A stretch of DNA of 62,455 nucleotides, filler included. It is 4 parts of 4 records of this genome, joined end to end, with 100 filler letters (N's around TTAATTAATTAA, not from the genome) between each part and the next. Parts side by side here need not be neighbours in the genome. Positions count along the whole stretch, not along the records: positions 1 to 27,392 come from DRR723986_13535; positions 27,493 to 41,502 come from DRR723986_13557; 2 more parts are not named here. One strand, given 5' to 3'. Every line of letters begins with the position of its first letter. Positions within the stretch are counted from its first letter, which is position 1. The translations under genes and the position numbers were made by a program. A model generated the notes under the pieces. That model ran no database searches and was not told the DNA's origin. It worked only from the letters and a program-made list of their open reading frames with translations. Below, piece by piece: positions 18,350-27,993 of this stretch.

Positions 18350-19566
18350 ACCGCACCACTCTTAGAAACTATCTGACGACCAATGCTCCTTGGTTGGCAG
18401 CTGGTGGGTTGTTGACCCTGTTATCCAGCTTTGGGCAGACGTTCTTTATTTCGATCTTTGCTGGGGAAATTCGGATTGCGTTCGATCTGAGCCACGGGGA
18501 ATGGGGCGGGTTGTATTCGATTGGCACCACGGCATCGGCGGTGGTTATGGTTTGGGCTGGCACGCTCACCGATATGTTTCGGGTGCGCAAATTGGGCCCG
18601 GTTGTCTTGTTCGGTCTGGCGCTGGCCTGCTTAGCGATGGCGTTCAACAGTTGGGTTGCCGCCTTGCCGATTGTTATTTTCGCATTGCGGTTCTTTGGCC
18701 AAGGCATGAGCAGCCACATTGCGATGGTCGCAATGGCGCGTTGGTTCACGAAAACCCGGGGCAAAGCGATGTCTATCGCAACGCTGGGCTTTGCTTTGGG
18801 CGAGGCGACGCTGCCGTTGATTTTTGTGGCGGCCATGACCGTCGTGGATTGGCACCTGTTGTGGGTCATTTCTGCGGGGATTTGTTTGCTTGGCATTCCA
18901 ATTCTGATGCGCCTGTTACGCCATGAACGCACACCCCAAAGCATGTCCGACAGCTATGATTCAACCGGGATGGAGGGGCGTCACTGGACCCGCGGGCAAA
19001 CCCTGCGCCACCCGTTGTTCTGGTTTATGGTTCCGGCCCTGCTTGGCCCGTCCGCCTTTAGCACCGCATTCTTTTTTCATCAGGTGCATTTCGCGGACAT
19101 CAAAGGTTTGACCCATGTCGAATTGGTCGCCTTTTTCCCTGTTTACACAGTGCTTTCAATCATTGCGATGATGGCCTCTGGTTGGGCCTTAGATAAAATT
19201 GGAACGCCCCGCCTGATGCCGTATTCACAACTGCCTATGGTCGCGGCGTTTCTGTTCTTTGCCCTTGGATCAGGCAGCGGAATGATCTTTGCAGGGTTCT
19301 TTTTCCTCGCCCTGACTGCCGGGGCAAATGCGACGCTGCCCAACGCGTTCTGGGCAGAATTCTATGGCACAGCACACATCGGGTCGATCAAAGCCATGGC
19401 AGCCGCGCTGATGGTTTTAGGGTCCGCAATCGGGCCAGGCGTCACTGGTATATTGATTGATTTCGGGGTCGGGATCGAAACACAGTTTATAGGCGTAGCC
19501 GGATATTTCATTTTCGTGACCATCTTGATGGTCATCGGCATACGGCGCGCGGCACCCTCGCTTTAA
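18346..19566 (+). CDS. MFS transporter
   Basis: About 12 hydrophobic segments; SSFGQTFFIS and ARWFTKTRGKA motifs. Confidence 0.85.
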   Translation: MNRTTLRNYLTTNAPWLAAGGLLTLLSSFGQTFFISIFAGEIRIAFDLSHGEWGGLYSIGTTASAVVMVWAGTLTDMFRVRKLGPVVLFGLALACLAMAFNSWVAALPIVIFALRFFGQGMSSHIAMVAMARWFTKTRGKAMSIATLGFALGEATLPLIFVAAMTVVDWHLLWVISAGICLLGIPILMRLLRHERTPQSMSDSYDSTGMEGRHWTRGQTLRHPLFWFMVPALLGPSAFSTAFFFHQVHFADIKGLTHVELVAFFPVYTVLSIIAMMASGWALDKIGTPRLMPYSQLPMVAAFLFFALGSGSGMIFAGFFFLALTAGANATLPNAFWAEFYGTAHIGSIKAMAAALMVLGSAIGPGVTGILIDFGVGIETQFIGVAGYFIFVTILMVIGIRRAAPSL

Positions 19567-20150
19567 CGATTGCGTTTGAGATACACGTAATACGCTCCAT
19601 CGCCGCCATGGCTGATATGCGCTGGCGTAATTTGCAACACGGCCTGTGCCAAAGGCGGCAGGGAGAGCCATTGCGGTACTTGGTTGCGCAATACGCCGCG
19701 CGGGGTGGGAATCGGCCCCGGTTCGTCCCGATCCTTGCCTTTGCCAGTGATCACCAACACCAACCGCTTACCCGAGGCCTGGGCGCCCAGAATGAACCTG
19801 TTTAGGGCAGGGTGGGCCGTTTCCACCCGCATCCCGTGCAAATCCAACCGTCCTTCGGGTTTCAGTTTGCCGCGCTTCATTTTACCAAAGGACTTATGAT
19901 CCATTTGGACCGGTGAATGCGCCAACATATGAGAAATCGCAGGTTTCAAACTATGCTTAGCAGACTTTGGCATCGCCTTGTGACCCAACACAAAGGGCTC
20001 GATCTTTGGTGTCGATACCTTGGGCATCTTGTGCATCGCTTGCGGGGCGGGAACGACGGCTTCGACCCGATGCGGGTGCAGGCGTTCCGCTTTCTGCGCA
20101 ACTTGCTGCCACAGCTCAAGTTCAGATTTTGTGAGTTTGCGCCGCGACAT
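19563..20150 (-). CDS. Smr/MutS2 C-terminal domain protein
   Basis: RLDLHG, LVITGKG and HGGDGAYYVYL motifs. Confidence 0.9.
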   Translation of the reverse strand: MSRRKLTKSELELWQQVAQKAERLHPHRVEAVVPAPQAMHKMPKVSTPKIEPFVLGHKAMPKSAKHSLKPAISHMLAHSPVQMDHKSFGKMKRGKLKPEGRLDLHGMRVETAHPALNRFILGAQASGKRLVLVITGKGKDRDEPGPIPTPRGVLRNQVPQWLSLPPLAQAVLQITPAHISHGGDGAYYVYLKRNR

Positions 20151-21196
20151 CAGAATCCATCCGGCAGCAGCGCATAGGCTCGTTGAATCGGCAGCAAAAC
20201 CATCATCCGACCCGGATCACGTAACCGACCCGCTGCATCACCGGCTGCGTCGCCCGTTCCAAAAAAGATATCCGCCCGTTGTGCGCCCTTGATGGCTGAC
20301 CCGGTGTCCTGTGCTATCATCAAACGGCGCATTTTTCCTGCCCCGTCTTTTTCAACCCAGACAGGGGCGCCAAGCGGGGTATGAGATGGATCCACCGCAA
20401 CGCTGCGCAGGGCTGTAATCGACCGATTCATCGCGCCCAATGGTCCTTTATCGGCAGAAACCCGGCGGACCTCGCGGAAAAAGACATAAGACGGATTGTG
20501 CATCAACAGTTCGATCCCATCGATCGGGTTACGCCGCACCCAGTTCTTGATGACCTGCGCGCTTACTTGATGCGCCTTATAGACACCTCGGCGGACCAAC
20601 TCGACCCCTACAGAGCGATAAGAGTGCCCATTCGCGCCGCCATATCCAACCCTGACGGATTGCCCATCCGGCATGCGTATTCGACCTGATCCTTGGATCT
20701 GCAGAAAGAACAATTCGACTGGGTCATCAACCCAAGCAATTTCCAAGCCTCGGTTATCCATCACACCGCTGGTCAGGATTTCCCGACGGCTGAGCCAGGT
20801 TGAAGCGGTTTTTGCTTCGCGTGGTAATTTGTAGATCGGGTACTTAAACCGGTCCGTCCGATACCGCGATCCATCAAGTTCAGGTTCGAAATAGCCGGTG
20901 AACATGGCGTCTTTGCCGTCTTCGATCAGGACAGGCCGAAAAAACAATTCGAAAAAGGACCGTGCTGTTTCTGCGGTTTGAGATTGACCAACAGCACATA
21001 GCGCCTGCCAATCCGGATCATCAAAATCACGGCAAGTATTCATGAAAACGGACAGTGCCGCGCCATGATCATCTTTTGACCAGCCATCAAGCTGATCAAA
21101 AGATAGAATTTTATGTGAGAGTTCGGGGTCGGACGCGGCGCCCGATGCGGTCATCATGGCACCAGCCAATATGACCGACCGGAGCGCGGCAATCAT
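20150..21196 (-). CDS. mltA: Lytic murein transglycosylase MltA
   Basis: FTGYFEP, FFLQIQGSG, NPSYVFF and AQDTGSAIKGAQRADIFFG motifs. Confidence 0.93.
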   Translation of the reverse strand: MIAALRSVILAGAMMTASGAASDPELSHKILSFDQLDGWSKDDHGAALSVFMNTCRDFDDPDWQALCAVGQSQTAETARSFFELFFRPVLIEDGKDAMFTGYFEPELDGSRYRTDRFKYPIYKLPREAKTASTWLSRREILTSGVMDNRGLEIAWVDDPVELFFLQIQGSGRIRMPDGQSVRVGYGGANGHSYRSVGVELVRRGVYKAHQVSAQVIKNWVRRNPIDGIELLMHNPSYVFFREVRRVSADKGPLGAMNRSITALRSVAVDPSHTPLGAPVWVEKDGAGKMRRLMIAQDTGSAIKGAQRADIFFGTGDAAGDAAGRLRDPGRMMVLLPIQRAYALLPDGF

Positions 21197-21849
21197 GCGT
21201 CCGTGGCGACAAGCAGCCAGTTTGGATCATCAGTGCCCATCGCACGGGCAAAGGTCCAGCTGTCTTTCTGACGCTTGACGGTGTTTGGATTGCCTTCGAC
21301 GATATCGCCACCACGATCACGTACAACCGAGGTCAGCTCGGCGACAAATCGCATGGTGATTTCAGCCTTGTTGGTGTCTTTGTCGAACGCAACATCCACA
21401 ACGCTGGTTTCACGCACTCCAATAAATTCGGCTTCGATGCTGAGGCCCTGATCTTCGCGGTGGGACACCACAGAGACGAAGGTTTCAAACACGTCTTCGG
21501 CCAGGAACGGTTGGATATCGTTCAGATCCCCACGTTCAAAGCCCATCACGATCATCTCATATGCACCACGCGAGCCTTGCACGAAATCACTGACCGAGAA
21601 ACTTGGTTCAATGCGCTTCATCGCGGCCAGGTTTTGCGCCAGTTCACTGTCTTCGGGAACATGATCGGTAATGTCGCGATCTGGACCGCCGTCGATAACT
21701 TCGAAATCGCGGCGTGTCTTGGACGCAGGTTGCATCGGTTCGGGCGGTTTTTCATAGCCTTCCCGTGTGCCCAAAACGTTTTTCAGGCGCAGGATCAGGA
21801 AAACGGCAATGCCGGCCAGGACCAAAAGCTGGATCAGGGGTGAGTTCAT
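21193..21849 (-). CDS. Tim44/TimA family adaptor protein
   Basis: N-terminal TM + LGTREG, AYEMIV and WTFAR..DPNWLLVAT; smr-mltA-timA/fxsA-secB synteny. Confidence 0.88.
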   Translation of the reverse strand: MNSPLIQLLVLAGIAVFLILRLKNVLGTREGYEKPPEPMQPASKTRRDFEVIDGGPDRDITDHVPEDSELAQNLAAMKRIEPSFSVSDFVQGSRGAYEMIVMGFERGDLNDIQPFLAEDVFETFVSVVSHREDQGLSIEAEFIGVRETSVVDVAFDKDTNKAEITMRFVAELTSVVRDRGGDIVEGNPNTVKRQKDSWTFARAMGTDDPNWLLVATDA

Positions 21850-21875
21850 TTCATCCTCGTTTCAGGCATGAGGCT

Positions 21876-21903
21876 TTGTAAGCTGGGCCTCAGACCCTTA
21901 TGT
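21876..21903 (+). promoter_or_regulatory. RpoH-like promoter of fxsA
   Basis: TTG-N18-CTTATGT in the timA/fxsA divergent gap. Confidence 0.45.
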
Positions 21904-21957
21904 AGGTCACGGATAGGGGCAAGTCCACCGTCCAGCCTATAGGAAAGGAAAGTGAAA

Positions 21958-22473
21958 ATGTATCTGTTCTTGGCTTTTTTGCTGGTTCCGATTGTAGAAA
22001 TCGCCCTGTTTATTCAGGTGGGCGGCTTGATCGGGCTATGGCCAACGCTTGCAATCGTAGTGATCACTGCGGTTTTGGGCACCTGGCTGGTGCGGACACA
22101 AGGTCGCATGGCAATGGGACAGTTGCAGCAATCTTTCTCAACTCTGAACGACCCGACCGAGCCTTTGGCCCATGGTGCGATGATCCTGTTTTCTGGTGCT
22201 TTGCTTTTAACGCCCGGATTCTTCACCGATGCGGTTGGGTTTGCCTTGCTGATCCCAGCGGTTCGCGTGGGTGTGTTTCGCTATCTCAGTTCCAAGGTGA
22301 AAGTGTCACAATTCCAGATGGGAACGGGGGCACAATTTCACCAATCCCGTCCCGGCCAGCAACCGGGTTTCGGGCAAGGGGATGTGATTGACGGTGATTT
22401 CGAAGAAGTCCGTAAACCACATGATCCCAATGCCCCACCGTCAGGTTGGGTCGAGGGCCCCGACCGCCATTGA
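21958..22473 (+). CDS. fxsA: FxsA membrane protein
   Basis: VPIVEIALFIQVG and LLLTPGFFTD motifs; C-terminal VIDGDFEEV. Confidence 0.9.
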   Translation: MYLFLAFLLVPIVEIALFIQVGGLIGLWPTLAIVVITAVLGTWLVRTQGRMAMGQLQQSFSTLNDPTEPLAHGAMILFSGALLLTPGFFTDAVGFALLIPAVRVGVFRYLSSKVKVSQFQMGTGAQFHQSRPGQQPGFGQGDVIDGDFEEVRKPHDPNAPPSGWVEGPDRH

Positions 22474-22528
22474 GGTGATCTGACCAAGCTGATAAGCAAT
22501 GGCAGATTTGATTTTGAGGAGTAGTTCC

Positions 22529-23032
22529 ATGGCCGAAAACGGCGAAGATACAGCGGCACAAGCCCCAGCAGCCCCGCAGGTCCAGATGAGCGTTTTGTCG
22601 CAATTCATCCGTGACTTGTCCTTTGAAAACGTGATGGCGCAAAAGGGCACTTCGGGCGAGGTTCAGCCTGACGTCAACGTGCAGGTTAATCTGGATGCGA
22701 AAAAGCGCCCAGCCGATCACCAGTACGAAGTTGCAATCAAACTGAACATCCAGTCCAAAGCCAAAGGCATGGAAGACGTTCTGTTTGTATTCGAACTGGA
22801 TTATTGCGGCATCTTCCACGTCGAAGGCGTGCCAGAAGACCAGTTGCACCCCTTCCTGTTGATCGAATGTCCCCGGATGCTGTTCCCGTTCCTGCGTCGG
22901 ATCGTCAGCGACATCACCCGTGACGGTGGTTATCCGCCGCTGAACCTCGACAATATCGACTTTGTTGCACTGTATCGCAACGAGCTGACGCGCCTGCAGG
23001 CCGCACAAGCCAACCAAACAGCAGACGCCTGA
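22529..23032 (+). CDS. secB: Protein-export chaperone SecB
   Basis: QFIRDLSFEN, IECPRMLFPF and GGYPPLNL..IDF motifs; GAGGAG RBS. Confidence 0.95.
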   Translation: MAENGEDTAAQAPAAPQVQMSVLSQFIRDLSFENVMAQKGTSGEVQPDVNVQVNLDAKKRPADHQYEVAIKLNIQSKAKGMEDVLFVFELDYCGIFHVEGVPEDQLHPFLLIECPRMLFPFLRRIVSDITRDGGYPPLNLDNIDFVALYRNELTRLQAAQANQTADA

Positions 23033-23038
23033 TCTGTT

Positions 23039-23068
23039 AAACGCACCTGATACCGATCAGGTGCGTTT
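23039..23068. terminator. 13-bp perfect hairpin between convergent secB and dnaQ
   Basis: AAACGCACCTGAT-ACCG-ATCAGGTGCGTTT, overlapping the dnaQ stop. Confidence 0.6.
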
Positions 23069-23785
23069 CCACAGGGCACCATCCCCCAATTTGTCGACAA
23101 ACGCCTGATGTGCTGTGCGTTCTTCTTCGGTCACACGTGACGAGAGGGGATTGGGCCGTGCTGTTGGGCGCCAGATCTCAGCCGCGCCCCCCTGATCATT
23201 GGATTCAGCCGTGCTGGACAGTGCAAAATCAGGTTGCCGCCCCCCGATCAGCTCAAGATAGACCTCGGCCAAAATCTCGGAATCGAGCAAGGCGCCGTGC
23301 AAGGTCCGCGACGCATTGTCGATGTGAAACCGCCGGCACAACGCATCCAACGTGGCGGGCGAGCCCGGAAATTTTTTCCGCGCAATCGCCAGTGTATCCA
23401 AAGCCTGTGACATCGGAAGCTCTGGCAACCCCATCCAACGCAATTCGGCGTTCAGGAACTTCATATCAAAGGCCGCGTTGTGGATCACCAGAGTTGAATC
23501 GCCGATGAAATCCAGAAACGCCTGACCGACCTGCGCAAACAGGGGTTTGTCTTTCAACGTCACGGCCCCCGGCTTGGGCGGTTGCGGCGGTTCCAACAGA
23601 TCCGGACCAATACCATGAACCCCAAATGCGCCTTCGGGCATGGAGCGTTGCGGGTTGATGTACTGATGATAGGTTTTGCCGGTGGCCATGTGGTTCCACA
23701 GCTCAACCGCCCCGATTTCGACAATCCGGTCGCCGCTGTCGGGATCAAAGCCAGTTGTTTCGGTATCAAGTGCGATTTCACGCAT
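23057..23785 (-). CDS. dnaQ: DNA polymerase III epsilon subunit
   Basis: ExoI LDTETTG, ExoII HNAAFD and ExoIII HGALLDS motifs. Confidence 0.95.
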   Translation of the reverse strand: MREIALDTETTGFDPDSGDRIVEIGAVELWNHMATGKTYHQYINPQRSMPEGAFGVHGIGPDLLEPPQPPKPGAVTLKDKPLFAQVGQAFLDFIGDSTLVIHNAAFDMKFLNAELRWMGLPELPMSQALDTLAIARKKFPGSPATLDALCRRFHIDNASRTLHGALLDSEILAEVYLELIGGRQPDFALSSTAESNDQGGAAEIWRPTARPNPLSSRVTEEERTAHQAFVDKLGDGALWKRT

Positions 23786-24371
23786 CTTTCAGTCCTGCTC
23801 TTATCTTGGCCACGATGTCACGCACCTGTGCACGTGCATCGTACAAAGTATCGGTCAAAATGACATAATCTGCTTGGGCGCATTTTTCGTCATTCGGCAT
23901 CTGCTTCGAACGGATCTGCTCAAACTGCTCTAATGTCATGGTTCCGCGTGCCAGTACCCGCTCTTGTTGAACCTCAGGCGAAACCGAAACACAGGCCACC
24001 GCGTTCATGGCTGCATTGCCGCCCGTTTCAAACATCAACGGAACATCAAACACCAGAATGTCAGCTGTCGCTGTTTCTTTGAATTGCGCGCGATCCTGTC
24101 CGACCAGCGGATGCACGATCCGTTCGATCTGCCTTAGCGCATCTGGGTTTTCGCCAATGATCCGCTTTAGGGCAACGCGGCTAACAGCGCCGTCTTCGAT
24201 CGCGTCCGGAAACGCAGCGCCCATCGGTCCGACGGCTGCCCCACCAACTGCATACAAACGATGGACAGCCGCATCCGCATCCCAAAGGGCGCAACCCTCA
24301 TCGACGAACATCTGCGCCGTGGTGCTTTTGCCCATGCCGATGGAGCCGGTCAGACCAAGGAGAAAGCTCAT
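23778..24371 (-). CDS. coaE: Dephospho-CoA kinase
   Basis: GLTGSIGMGKST, DADAAVH, IVHPLV and DVPLMFE motifs. Confidence 0.94.
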   Translation of the reverse strand: MSFLLGLTGSIGMGKSTTAQMFVDEGCALWDADAAVHRLYAVGGAAVGPMGAAFPDAIEDGAVSRVALKRIIGENPDALRQIERIVHPLVGQDRAQFKETATADILVFDVPLMFETGGNAAMNAVACVSVSPEVQQERVLARGTMTLEQFEQIRSKQMPNDEKCAQADYVILTDTLYDARAQVRDIVAKIRAGLKDA

Positions 24372-25201
24372 CTCAGCGCTGCTGCGCGTGTTGCAGAATC
24401 CACCGCTGGGCGTTCACCAAACCATCGCTCAAATCCAGGGGCGGCTTGATGCAGCAGCATGCCAAGCCCATCGACCGTCACACAGCCTGCTTCTTCGGCT
24501 TCTAGCAGTAGATTTGTTTTGAGCGGGGCATAGACAAGATCGGTAACAACCGCGTCTTTTTGCAACCCATCCAAGGGAACACGCAGTTCACGTTGGCCCA
24601 TCATGCCCAGTGAGGTGGTGTTGACCACCAACTTGGCCTCTTCGATCACATTGCCAGCCTGAACCCATTCGACCACGCGTATTCTTTGACCAAAGTCTTC
24701 GCGCAGTTTGTCAGCCCGTAGGCGCGTTCGGTTGGTGAGAATGATCTCTGGCACGCCAACCTCGCACAGGGCTGAAACCACTGCGCGTGATGCACCGCCT
24801 GCGCCAAGAACAACGGCCGGGCCCGAGGTCGGATCCCAATCCGGCGCCCCGGCGCGCAGGTTTTCCATAAACCCGTATCCGTCGGTGTTATCTGCGTGGA
24901 TTTTGCCATCCGGCAGGAAAATCAGTGTATTTGCCGCCCCGATCAGCGTTGCGCGATCTGTAATCTGATCCGCGATCTTCATCACCGCCTCTTTGTGGGG
25001 AACAGTGATGTTCACGCCTACAAATCCAGCCTTTGGGAGGCTTCGCAGAACTTGTTCCAAGTTCTCAGGCGCCACATCCATCGGAATATAATGTCCATCA
25101 AGTCCATAGGTCTGCAACCAGTGACGATGAAGTCGCGGAGACCGTGAATGCGCGATCGGGTGACCAATCACCCCGGCCAATGGAATCTTGTGTTCGGTCA
25201 T
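24368..25201 (-). CDS. aroE: Shikimate dehydrogenase
   Basis: HSRSP, NITVPHK, NTDGYG, GAGGASRA and GLGMLLHQA motifs. Confidence 0.95.
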   Translation of the reverse strand: MTEHKIPLAGVIGHPIAHSRSPRLHRHWLQTYGLDGHYIPMDVAPENLEQVLRSLPKAGFVGVNITVPHKEAVMKIADQITDRATLIGAANTLIFLPDGKIHADNTDGYGFMENLRAGAPDWDPTSGPAVVLGAGGASRAVVSALCEVGVPEIILTNRTRLRADKLREDFGQRIRVVEWVQAGNVIEEAKLVVNTTSLGMMGQRELRVPLDGLQKDAVVTDLVYAPLKTNLLLEAEEAGCVTVDGLGMLLHQAAPGFERWFGERPAVDSATRAAALR

Positions 25202-25797
25202 TGTTCGATTACCCCCCGCAGCGTCAGGAAATTAAGTAGCTCCAGTAGGGGCATACCCAAAACGTTAAAATAGTCTCCGTCAATGTTCGAAAACAGACGA
25301 ACACCTTCTTCTTCAAGCTTATACGCCCCAACCGCATGCTGAATACTATGCCAGTTGCGGTCGACGTAACCCTGCAGGTACGCATCACTACTGTCGCGCA
25401 TCCGCAACCGAACCTGACCGACATGACGCCAAATCGGTTCACCATCCTGGTAGATCACCGCAGCCGACAGCAACATATGCCGATTACCGCGCATCGCTTG
25501 CAGCTGTTGCACGGCATCTTTGGGTGATTTCGGTTTGGAAAGCAGCTGTCCGTTAAAGTCTAGCACCTGATCACAGCCCAGAACCATGGCCCCGGGGTTT
25601 TTGTCACTGATCTTGCGCGCTTTCATTTCGGCCAGGGCATCGGCGATGTCGCGCGGCGATGCCTGTTCAGCACGCAAAGCATGCTTAATGGTTTCTTCAT
25701 CCACGCGTGCCACTTTGACTAAAAATGGAACGGCGGCGTTTTCCAGCAGCTGAGCCCGAATAGCGGACCCCGACGCAAGAATAAGGGGGATAGACAT
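25198..25797 (-). CDS. maf: Maf-family nucleotide pyrophosphatase
   Basis: LILASGSAIR, GCDQV..KP and VLGMPL motifs. Start moved to ATG 25797. Confidence 0.92.
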   Translation of the reverse strand: MSIPLILASGSAIRAQLLENAAVPFLVKVARVDEETIKHALRAEQASPRDIADALAEMKARKISDKNPGAMVLGCDQVLDFNGQLLSKPKSPKDAVQQLQAMRGNRHMLLSAAVIYQDGEPIWRHVGQVRLRMRDSSDAYLQGYVDRNWHSIQHAVGAYKLEEEGVRLFSNIDGDYFNVLGMPLLELLNFLTLRGVIEQ

Positions 25798-26200
25798 GTG
25801 GATAACCCCGTGTGCAAGGCGTTGAGTGTTCTTGCATGGTTTGTATGGTTTTCCGCTTGCCACGCAACCCCACAGGTTTCGTGAAAAACTTCTCTGAGTC
25901 GTTCAAGCTCTATCCTTTTGGGGTAAGGATAACTTTGAAACTTAGAATAACTCACAGATTCACAGATCATCAACAGGTTATCCCCAAAAATCATTCACAC
26001 TAATTCATGTTAAGCCGCTGATTTTAAATTGATATATCTGAAAATCCCAAACATGTGTGTGAACTGAGACAGATTTACCCTCATGGGGATAAGCGCTTGG
26101 GTAACAAAATTATCCACTGAAATTGTCCTCCCTACAAAACCATCATCCTTTCTCTTCTTATATTTATTTAATAAGGACTCTCTGACACCGCGAGGATCAC
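25797..26200. other. Probable chromosomal replication origin (oriC)
   Basis: Perfect DnaA box TGTGGATAA (25797-25805); one-mismatch boxes at 25978-25986, 26084-26092 and 26110-26118; IHF-like site; AT-rich tract 26151-26174; maf/hemJ-rho context. Confidence 0.75.
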
Positions 26201-26650
26201 ATGACGGATTTACTCTTCACGCTGTACCCTTGGGTAAAGTCACTGCACATCATGGCGGTTCTGTCTTGGATGGCAGGACTGTTCTATTTACCCAGATTGT
26301 TTGTTCATCACGTTGAACAGGCACGGTCAGTCCAAGGTGCATCAGAAATCTTTACAATGATGCAGGGAAAGCTGCTCTATATCATTATGAGACCAGCGAT
26401 GATCGTCGCTTGGGTTTGTGGGTTGATCATCGTGGCGACACCGGGAATTGTCGATTGGTCCTATCTCTGGCCCTGGACCAAGGGCGCAGGGGTGATTGCT
26501 ATGACAGGGTTTCATATTTGGTTGGCCAAACGCCACAAAGACTTTGTTGTGGGTCAGAATACCCTGTCAGGCCGCCAATACCGCCTTATGAACGAGGTTC
26601 CGACGGTTTTGATGATCATCATCGTCCTGTCGGTTATTTTCAAATTCTGA
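26201..26650 (+). CDS. hemJ: Protoporphyrinogen oxidase HemJ (CopD family)
   Basis: KSLHIMAVLSWMAGLFYLPRLFVHH and RLMNEVPT motifs. Confidence 0.92.
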   Translation: MTDLLFTLYPWVKSLHIMAVLSWMAGLFYLPRLFVHHVEQARSVQGASEIFTMMQGKLLYIIMRPAMIVAWVCGLIIVATPGIVDWSYLWPWTKGAGVIAMTGFHIWLAKRHKDFVVGQNTLSGRQYRLMNEVPTVLMIIIVLSVIFKF

Positions 26651-26657
26651 GTGATAT

Positions 26658-26686
26658 TTGACTCAGGCGGTCAGCTCGCTTATGTA
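26658..26686 (+). promoter_or_regulatory. Putative rho promoter
   Basis: TTGACT-N17-TATGTA. Confidence 0.5.
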
Positions 26687-26771
26687 ACCGCCAACACGCC
26701 CGTCCTGGGCGAAGTGTATTCCATTTTTGAATGTCTGTGACGCGCTACTGGCGCACAAAGGTCGTATATCC

Positions 26772-27392
26772 ATGACAACTGAATCCCTGAACCTTGCTGA
26801 TCTTAAGGCGCAAACCCCCAAGAACCTGCTTTCCATGGCAGAAGACCTGGAAATCGAAAATGCATCCACGATGCGCAAGGGTGAGATCATGTTCCAAATT
26901 CTGCGCGAACGCGCGGATGAGGGATGGGCTGTAGGCGGCGATGGGGTTCTTGAGGTACTGCAGGATGGTTTCGGCTTTTTGCGGTCTCCTGAGGCGAATT
27001 ATCTGCCGGGTCCGGATGACATCTATGTATCGCCTGACATGATCCGCCAGTATTCGCTGCGCACCGGGGACACTGTCGAAGGTCAGATGAAGGCACCGAT
27101 TGATACAGAGCGTTATTTCGCTTTGACGAACGTGACCAAAATCAACTTTGAGGACCCTGAAAAGGCGCGCCACAAGATTGCATTCGATAACCTGACACCG
27201 CTCTATCCTGATGAGCGGCTCAAGATGGAAGTCGAAGATCCAACCATCAAAGACAAATCGGCTCGTGTGATCGATCTGGTGTCACCGATTGGTAAGGGGC
27301 AGCGTTCCTTGATCGTGGCGCCGCCGCGGACTGGTAAAACCGTGATCCTGCAGAACATCGCGAACTCGATCGAGAAGAACCACCCCGAGTGC
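26772..27392 (+). CDS. rho: Transcription termination factor Rho (3' end cut by contig end)
   Basis: [24 protein letters not shown] and [15 protein letters not shown] motifs. Confidence 0.96.
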
Positions 27393-27492
27393 NNNNNNNN
27401 NNNNNNNNNNNNNNNNNNNNNNNNNNNNNNNNNNNNTTAATTAATTAANNNNNNNNNNNNNNNNNNNNNNNNNNNNNNNNNNNNNNNNNNNN
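27393..27492. other. Artificial contig linker 1
   Basis: 44 N + TTAATTAATTAA (stops in all six frames) + 44 N. Confidence 0.97.
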
Positions 27493-27993
27493 ACCGCCAC
27501 CAGAAGGCCATGGTCATATCCTTATCTCAATCTACACACCTCTCCCTACCCGAATTTTCGAGCCGTTTTTTTAGAGTGCCATTTATCTGCCGCCAGCCGC
27601 GGCGCAACTCCCAAAATTGTTGCCGGACAGCACCCTTGCCGCCCAGGCCTGAATTCGTGGTTAATCCTCCGGAGGTTTAACACATACAATTTGCACCCGC
27701 ACACCACACGCATACAAATGCTATCTGCTAAAGTGCCCCAATTCGCGGCTGAACGGCCACCAGAACTGATTTACTGATCGACAAACACAGTGACTTCGAG
27801 TGCGACACCCCGTGAAAAACAAGACCCTCAAAAAAGCCTGAGACGGAAGGGAAGCGCAGCTGAAAAGACGGCTCAAAGCGATCCGAAAAACTTCCAATGC
27901 CGGACGGAGACAGGCTGAAAAACAAAGGCGGCAAAAAAACGGAAGAGTAAAAGAGACGCAGCAAACAAGGGGGACAGCGAAACTGGACAGAGC

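Noticed and set aside
26000-26030. CtrA box within the putative oriC
   Set aside because: TTAA half-sites are present but not at the N7 spacing.
27437-27448. TTAATTAATTAA occurring three times, as a biological repeat or CtrA-like site
   Set aside because: Always centred in 44+44 Ns and gives stops in all six frames; it is an assembly linker.
27728-27964. 78-aa Phe/Ser/Leu-rich ORF
   Set aside because: Composition follows from the T-rich strand; TTG start and no recognisable motif.
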